From an uncultured Geminicoccaceae bacterium (GTDB lineage Bacteria; Pseudomonadota; Alphaproteobacteria; Geminicoccales; Geminicoccaceae), in contig CAYZSE010000004.1 in assembly GCA_964481035.1 (NCBI GenBank), positions 1 through 51,297 on the forward strand: a DNA stretch of 51,297 nucleotides, given 5' to 3'. Each line of letters starts with the position of its first letter. Within the stretch, counting starts at the first letter, position 1. A program made the translations under genes and the position numbers. Below the pieces are notes generated by a model. That model saw only the letters and a program-made list of their open reading frames with translations. It made no database searches and was not told the origin of the DNA. Shown here in pieces: positions 43,697 to 51,297 of the stretch.

Positions 43697-45078
43697 TCAG
43701 GTCCCGTAGCGGCGTTCGAGGAGGCGATAGAGGGCGAGGAGCGCCGTCGCCTCGCCGCCGGCCGGCCGGCCGGGTCCGGCCTTGGGGTTGTGCGCATAGA
43801 TGTCGAGATGGGCCCAGCGCGGCGTCGCCTCGACGAAGGCCTGAAGGAACAACGCCGCGGTGATCGCGCCGCCGAAGCGGCTCGTGCCGGTGTTGCTCAG
43901 ATCCGCCACCGGGCTCTCCAGCGAGCGCCGATAGCCCTCGAACAGCGGCAGGCGCCAGACCGGCTCGCGCGCCTCGTCGCCGGCCTCGCCGAGGGCCGCG
44001 GCGAGCTCGTCGTCGGGGGTGAACAGGGCCGGCAGGTCGGCGCCGAGGGCGACCCGCGCAGCGCCGGTCAGCGTCGCCGCGTCGATCAGGAGGTCGGGCT
44101 CCTCGGTGTCCGCCTCGGCGAGCGCGTCGGCGAGGACGAGCCGCCCCTCGGCGTCGGTGTTGCCGATTTCCACCGAAAGGCCCTTGCGCGTGTCGATGAC
44201 GTCGCCCGGGCGAAAGGCATTGCCGGCGACGCTGTTCTCGACCGCCGGAATGAGGAGCCGGAGACGCACGTGCAGGCCTGCGTCCATGACGGCGCCCGCG
44301 AGCGCCAGCATGACCGCGGCGCCGCCCATGTCCTTCTTCATCAAGAGCATGTTCGAGGACGGCTTGAGGTCGAGACCGCCGGTATCGAAGCAGACGCCCT
44401 TGCCGACCAGGGTGAGCCTGGGCGCGGCCGGATCGCCCCAGCGTACGTCCAGCAGGCGCGGCGCCCGCGGGCTCGCCTGGCCGACCGCGTAGACGGCGGG
44501 ATAGTTCCGCGCGAGCAACGCCTCGCCGACGATGGCCTCGAAGGTCGCGCCGTGCGCCACCGCCACGGCCTCGACCCGCTCGCCCAGCTCGGCCGGCCCG
44601 AGCCGGTTGGCCGGCGTGTTGACGAGGTCGCGGGCGAGGGTGACGGCCGTCGCCAGACGCGCGGCGCGCATCATCGCCGGGCCCGACGGGTCGACCGCCA
44701 GCACCGGCCCCGTGTCGTGGGCCGAACGCTTGTAGCGGTAGCGCTGGAGCGCCCAGCCCAGCGCCGCGACATCGACGGCCACGGCGCTTTCGGGCGCGAG
44801 GTGGAAGGAACGGGCGGGCAGGGTGCCCACCGCCTGCGCCGCGGCGAACGGCGAGCCGGGATCCGCGACGACCGCGACGGCACCGAAGAGGCCACCCCCG
44901 TCGTCCGGCAGCAGCGCGCCCGCCCCTGGCTTGGCCGCGAAGCCGGTCGCCTCGAGCCAACGGACGGAAGCGGGCGGCCAGGCTTGACGGATGGCTTCGA
45001 GATCGTTCTCGCGCACGAACCACAGCGGTGCTGCAGCCTCGACGGTCGCGGCGGCGACGAGGCCGATGGGCAACGGCG

Positions 45079-45082
<4 letters not shown>
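43697..45082 (-). CDS. M17 leucyl aminopeptidase family protein
   Basis: Contains [40 protein letters not shown] and ATLTGAA. The ATG overlaps the valS stop (ATGA). Confidence 0.9.
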
Positions 45083-47718
<2,636 letters not shown>

Positions 47719-47922
47719 CGATCCGTTTGTCCGGGGATCCGCGCAGTCCGGCGAAACTAGAAGAACGGCGGACGGCCTTCAAGCGGGGCTCGGCCGCCGC
47801 GCGCTCGGATCGCCATGCGCGGGCGGATCAACCTCGAAGCGAACCATCGACCAGGCCCGCTCGCCCGGGCCATCGGCGCCGTTATCAGGGCCGCGGCGTG
47901 CCGCGGCAAGGGAGCGGCGGTC

Positions 47923-48663
47923 CTATTCCGGCTGCGCGTCGCGGACCAGCCGCTTGATCTCGCGCTCGACGATCCGCTCCACCAGCCCGGGCAGATGCTG
48001 GTCGAGCCAAGCCTTGAGCTCGGGGCGCACGAGGTCGGCGAGAAAGGCCTCGATGCTGCGGGCACCTTGCGGGATGGCCTCGCCGGGTGCCACCGCCGAC
48101 GAGAGCCGCCGCAGGGCACCGCCCGCGGCGGTCGCCGCGCCGGTGTCGAGCAGCACGTCCGCCATCTCGTCGATCGAGGCGGCGTCGGCGGCGGCCGCAG
48201 CTCGCCGCGCCGTGTCGGCGAGCGCGCCGTCCGCCGGCATCTCGATCACGGTGGCGAAGCCGTCGTCGCCTTCACCGGGCGGCGCCTGCGGATCACGCTC
48301 CTCGAGCTCCGCCTCCGACATGTCGAGGTCGTCGTCTCCAGAGCTCGCCTCCTCGTCGATCGTGAAGGCGTCGAGCGAAGCGTCGCCGAGCGCATCCGCC
48401 GCTGCCGAGAGGTCGCCTTCGTCGTCGAAGATGTGCGCGGGCGACGCGGCGTCGTCCGCCCGCTGGTCGGCTTCGGTGAGCTCCAGGATGTCGTCGGCCG
48501 CGGCGACGTCGACCAGGTCGTGATCCGCGTCGTCGCCTCCGGCGTCGTGCGCGGCGGGCGTCGCCGCCTGCGGCGGGTCGACCTCGTCGTCCGCAATGAT
48601 CTTGCGGATCGAGGAGAGGATCTCGTCCATGGACGGTTCGCCGGCCTGATCGCCGTTGCTCAT
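47923..48663 (-). CDS. DUF2497 domain protein (acidic; PopZ-like N-terminal motif)
   Basis: N-terminal MDEILSSIRKIIADD. A long Asp/Ala-rich acidic middle. Conserved C-terminus LVRPELKAWLDQHLPGLVERIVEREIKRL. ATG at 48663 is preferred. Confidence 0.8.
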   Translation of the reverse strand: MSNGDQAGEPSMDEILSSIRKIIADDEVDPPQAATPAAHDAGGDDADHDLVDVAAADDILELTEADQRADDAASPAHIFDDEGDLSAAADALGDASLDAFTIDEEASSGDDDLDMSEAELEERDPQAPPGEGDDGFATVIEMPADGALADTARRAAAAADAASIDEMADVLLDTGAATAAGGALRRLSSAVAPGEAIPQGARSIEAFLADLVRPELKAWLDQHLPGLVERIVEREIKRLVRDAQPE

Positions 48664-48918
48664 GATCGCGCTCCGCAAGCTCGCTGGGACGTCGCGACGA
48701 GAATTAGGCGAGAAGGGTTAATCGAAGGCTAAGGGCGCCTGCCGGATGCGGCCGGCTCTCGCTCTTCGGCCGCGCGGCGCGCGTCGGCCGAGCGGGCGAG
48801 GAAGTGCCTGGCTCGACGATGGCGCCGCGCGGCCGCAACACGCGTAGCAGGCCGGCGGCGGGCGTCGGCGCGCCGCAGGATCGAGATCCGGCGCCTCGGG
48901 ATCGAAGCGGCGGCGGGC

Positions 48919-49569
48919 TCAAAAATCGAAGACGGGCGTGGCTTCGAGGCCGCGTAGGCGCGGGATCGCCGCGTCGAACAGCGTCCGCTCGCCCGGATGG
49001 CCTCGGACGCGGGTGACGAGGCAGCCCTTGCCCATCCGCCCGTCGCCGCGGACGAGTACGAGGCGGCCGCCTTCCGCGAGTTGCGCGACGAGGCGGTCCG
49101 GTACCTCGGGGACCTGGCCGATGACGAGGACGACGTCGTAGGGTGCCTTCGCGGCATGGCCATCGAGGGGCGTGGGCGCGGTCACGAACAGCGCGTTGTC
49201 CGCATCGAGCGCGGCGGCGCGGCTCTCGATCGTCGCGATGTCGTCGGCATCGACGACCGCGAACACGGTGGCGACGAGGCGGGCGAGCACCACTGCCGCA
49301 TAGCCCGTATCGCAGCCGACCAGCAACGCGGTGTCGTCGGGACCGGGCCGCGCCGCCTCGAGCATCCGGCCCAGGACCAAGGGCTCGATCAAGAAGCGGC
49401 CGTCGCGCAACAGGATGTCGTCGTCGCTGTAGGCCACCGTCTTCAGGTGCGCCGGCAAGAACGGCGGCCGCGGTACGCTCTCCATGGCGTCGAGAACCCG
49501 GGGGTCGGTCACGTTGCTGGGGCGCAGCTGGTTCTCGATCATGTTGCGGCGGCGCGTGACGTCGTCCAT
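48919..49569 (-). CDS. pcm: Protein-L-isoaspartate O-methyltransferase family protein
   Basis: Contains RRNMIENQLRP..V.D.RVLDAM..VPR..F.P, LLVGCDTGYAAVVLA and L..GGRLV. Confidence 0.8.
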   Translation of the reverse strand: MDDVTRRRNMIENQLRPSNVTDPRVLDAMESVPRPPFLPAHLKTVAYSDDDILLRDGRFLIEPLVLGRMLEAARPGPDDTALLVGCDTGYAAVVLARLVATVFAVVDADDIATIESRAAALDADNALFVTAPTPLDGHAAKAPYDVVLVIGQVPEVPDRLVAQLAEGGRLVLVRGDGRMGKGCLVTRVRGHPGERTLFDAAIPRLRGLEATPVFDF

Positions 49570-49726
49570 CTTCGGGTCCTCTCGCGAGCGGAACGCACCG
49601 GAGCATGCCGGCTCGCCGCTGTCGCGCCAATGGGGGTCGAGCGTCGCTTTTGGTCGCGCCGCCGGCGCTCGGTACGGAGCGCCGCTTGACCGACCGCGTG
49701 GCCACTGTCAAAACGCGGATCCCGTC

Positions 49727-49797
49727 GGCCCGGTGGCAGAGTGGTCATGCAGAGGACTGCAAATCCTCGTACGTCGGTTCGATTCCGGCCCGGGCCT
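49727..49797 (+). tRNA. tRNA-Cys (anticodon GCA), CCA not encoded
   Basis: Cloverleaf GGCCCGG-TG-GCAG-AGTGGTC-ATGC-A-GAGGA-CTGCAAA-TCCTC-GTAC-GTCGG-TTCGATT-CCGGC-CCGGGCC-T, with the 13:22 mismatch typical of tRNA-Cys. Confidence 0.9.
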
Positions 49798-49855
49798 CGA
49801 GCGGCGTGAAGATTGCACGGGGCGAGCGCGGCTGATACTGACGTGACTCGAGCGA

Positions 49856-49931
49856 TCCGGGGTAGCTCAGCGGTAGAGCAATCGGCTGTTAACCGATCGG
49901 TCGTCGGTTCGAATCCGACCCCCGGAGCCAA
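49856..49931 (+). tRNA. tRNA-Asn (anticodon GUU), CCA encoded
   Basis: Cloverleaf TCCGGGG-TA-GCTC-AGCGGTA-GAGC-A-ATCGG-CTGTTAA-CCGAT-CGGTC-GTCGG-TTCGAAT-CCGAC-CCCCGGA-G-CCA. Confidence 0.93.
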
Positions 49932-49984
49932 ACCCTCCACCCCGATCGGGTGAAGCGGCGGGCGAAGGTGGCAGGCGAAGGCGA

Positions 49985-50698
49985 ATGGTTCGGCGCGGCG
50001 CACCCATCGTCGTCTTGACAGGGGCGGGCATCTCCGCCGAGAGCGGGCTCGCGACCTTTCGCGGTGCCGGCGGCCTGTGGGAGGGGCACGCCCTCGAGGA
50101 CGTGGCGACGCCCGAGGCGTTCGCTCGCGACCCCTTGCTCGTCCAGCGCTTCTACAATGCGCGCCGAGCCCAGCTCCGCGATCCGGCGGTGGCCCCGAAC
50201 CCGGCGCATCGCGCCCTCGCGCGCCTCGAGGCGGCATGGCCGGGGCCGTTCCTCCTGGTGACTCAAAACGTGGACAACCTGCACGAGCGAGCGGGACACC
50301 GCCGCGTTGTCCACATGCACGGCGCGCTCGACCGTGCCCGATGCACCGCCTGCGGGCACGCTTGCACATGGCTGGAGGACCTCGAGGTGACGAGCAGCTG
50401 CCCCGGTTGCGGGACCCACGGGCGACTGCGGCCGGCGATCGTGTGGTTCGGCGAGATCCCGCTGCATAGGGAGGACATCGCCGACGCGCTCGCCGAGGCG
50501 GCGCTGTTCGCCGCCATCGGCACGAGCGGCGTGGTCTATCCCGCCGCCGGCTTCGTCGCCGAAGCCAAGGCCCACGGTGCCCGAACCCTGGAGCTGAATC
50601 TCGAGCCGTCGTCGGTGCGCTCGCACTTCGACGAGGCGCGCCATGGTCCCGCCGGCGAGATCGTCCCTACCTGGGTCGATGAACTGCTCGACGATTGA
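49985..50698 (+). CDS. cobB: NAD-dependent protein deacylase (Sir2 family, CobB)
   Basis: Contains VVLTGAGISAESG..TFRG, VTQNVDNLH, the zinc ribbon CTACG...CPGCG, and FAAIGTSGVVYPAAG. Confidence 0.9.
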   Translation: MVRRGAPIVVLTGAGISAESGLATFRGAGGLWEGHALEDVATPEAFARDPLLVQRFYNARRAQLRDPAVAPNPAHRALARLEAAWPGPFLLVTQNVDNLHERAGHRRVVHMHGALDRARCTACGHACTWLEDLEVTSSCPGCGTHGRLRPAIVWFGEIPLHREDIADALAEAALFAAIGTSGVVYPAAGFVAEAKAHGARTLELNLEPSSVRSHFDEARHGPAGEIVPTWVDELLDD

Positions 50699-50704
50699 GC
50701 CCAC

Positions 50705-50765
50705 CTGTGGACAGTCGGGATAAGTCCGACCTGGGGATAAGCCGGGACGACCCGATCTGTGGATA
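50705..50765. promoter_or_regulatory. Cluster of DnaA-box-like motifs: one perfect TGTGGATAA (50757-50765) plus three related sites
   Basis: Related sites are TGTGGACAG (50705-50713), GGGATAAG (50716-50723) and GGGGATAAG (50732-50740). TGTGGATAA is the complement of the TTATCCACA consensus. All lie in the 236-nt gap between convergent cobB and DUF1244. Confidence 0.4.
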
Positions 50766-50890
50766 AGTCGAAACCGGCTGGCGATGGAGGTCGGCGGAGA
50801 TCGGTTGATCGCGTCTCCAGCCTCGGCCGCGGCTCCGCTGGATCTCGCATGGCCTCCTCGGGCTGCCGAGCTCCGCGCGCCACAGATCGG
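50750..50890. repeat. 12-nt perfect inverted repeat CCCGATCTGTGG (50750-50761) / CCACAGATCGGG (50879-50890), spacer 117 nt
   Basis: Read directly from the sequence. The left arm overlaps the perfect DnaA-box-like motif. Confidence 0.85.
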
Positions 50891-50934
50891 GACGCCGCCG
50901 TGCCGGAGGTGTCGTGGCGGCGATGGTGCGAGCC

Positions 50935-51252
50935 TCAGCCGCGCTCTTTGGCGGTGCCGGCGAAGGCGGCCTCCTGCGCCTCGCTCGCCTCGACCTGATG
51001 CTTCGCCTTCCAGCTGGCATAAGGCTCGCCATAGACGATCTCGCGCGCTTCCTCGTAGTCGAAGTCGACGCCGCGCTCCGCGGCCGCCGCGGCGTACCAT
51101 TTGGAGAGGCAGTTGCGGCAGAAGGCAGCGAGGTTCATGAGGTCGATGTTCTGCACATCGGGACGGTCGCGGAGGTGCTCCACGAGCCGGCGGAAGGCAG
51201 CGGCTTCGACTTCGACGCGGGTCTGCGGGTCGAGCTTGGCGAGCGGGTCCAT
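50935..51252 (-). CDS. DUF1244 domain-containing protein
   Basis: Contains AAAFRRLVEHLRDRPDVQNIDLMNLAGFCRNCLSKWY-like core, here LAAFCRNCLSKWY. A conserved small protein of about 100 aa. Confidence 0.75.
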   Translation of the reverse strand: MDPLAKLDPQTRVEVEAAAFRRLVEHLRDRPDVQNIDLMNLAAFCRNCLSKWYAAAAAERGVDFDYEEAREIVYGEPYASWKAKHQVEASEAQEAAFAGTAKERG

Positions 51253-51297
51253 CGCGTGTCTCCGAGTGGTGTCGGTCGTCGATCGTGGTGACAGGGA

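Noticed and set aside
47890-47907. Hairpin GCCGCGG-cgtg-CCGCGGC after the DUF2497 gene
   Set aside because: It is a 7-bp stem without a U-tract in a GC-rich genome where such stems arise by chance. I did not report it as a terminator.
48664-48918. Possible loss of a tolC-like gene between pcm and the DUF2497 gene
   Set aside because: My recollection that pcm-tolC-DUF2497-valS is the usual alphaproteobacterial order is not firm. The 255-nt gap shows no recognisable gene remnant. The idea cannot be supported from the sequence alone.

Overview
This is a very GC-rich chromosomal segment, visibly around 70% G+C with strong G/C bias at third codon positions. Its gene order looks alphaproteobacterial: recG divergent from sdhE-mfd, murA-DUF2948-hisD-UPF0262, infA-maf-RNaseE/G-yacG, and pcm-DUF2497-valS. 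I support about 50 protein-coding genes and 3 tRNAs (Thr-GGU, Cys-GCA, Asn-GUU). I found no rRNA, CRISPR array, transposase, integrase or recognisable defence gene.

The centrepiece is a hopanoid biosynthesis and transport cluster at 18.5-30.7 kb. It comprises hpnC-hpnB-hpnD-hpnE-shc-hpnG on the + strand, hpnH and hpnN on the - strand, and hpnM plus a sulfotransferase on the + strand. The cluster is fused without gaps to the housekeeping xseB-ispA-dxs operon upstream and to tlyA downstream.

Many neighbouring genes share 4-nt start/stop overlaps (GTGA, ATGA, TTGA), and GTG or TTG starts are frequent. Most long ORFs in the supplied track are antisense or out-of-frame shadows typical of high-GC DNA, and I rejected them.

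I do not see a clear-cut new multi-gene system such as a defence island. The most promising leads are:
- an uncharacterised membrane-anchored sulfotransferase translationally coupled to hpnM inside the hopanoid cluster;
- an uncharacterised four-gene module downstream of valS and an M17 peptidase (thioesterase, 162-aa unknown, ACT-like protein, secreted 4-Cys protein);
- a roughly 31% G+C island in a divergent promoter region;
- a cluster of DnaA-box-like GATAAG motifs bracketed by a 12-nt inverted repeat between convergent genes;
- an aapJ-type binding protein followed directly by its ATPase, with both permease genes missing.

All functional calls come from reading the translated ORFs and motifs by eye. 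No database search was run.
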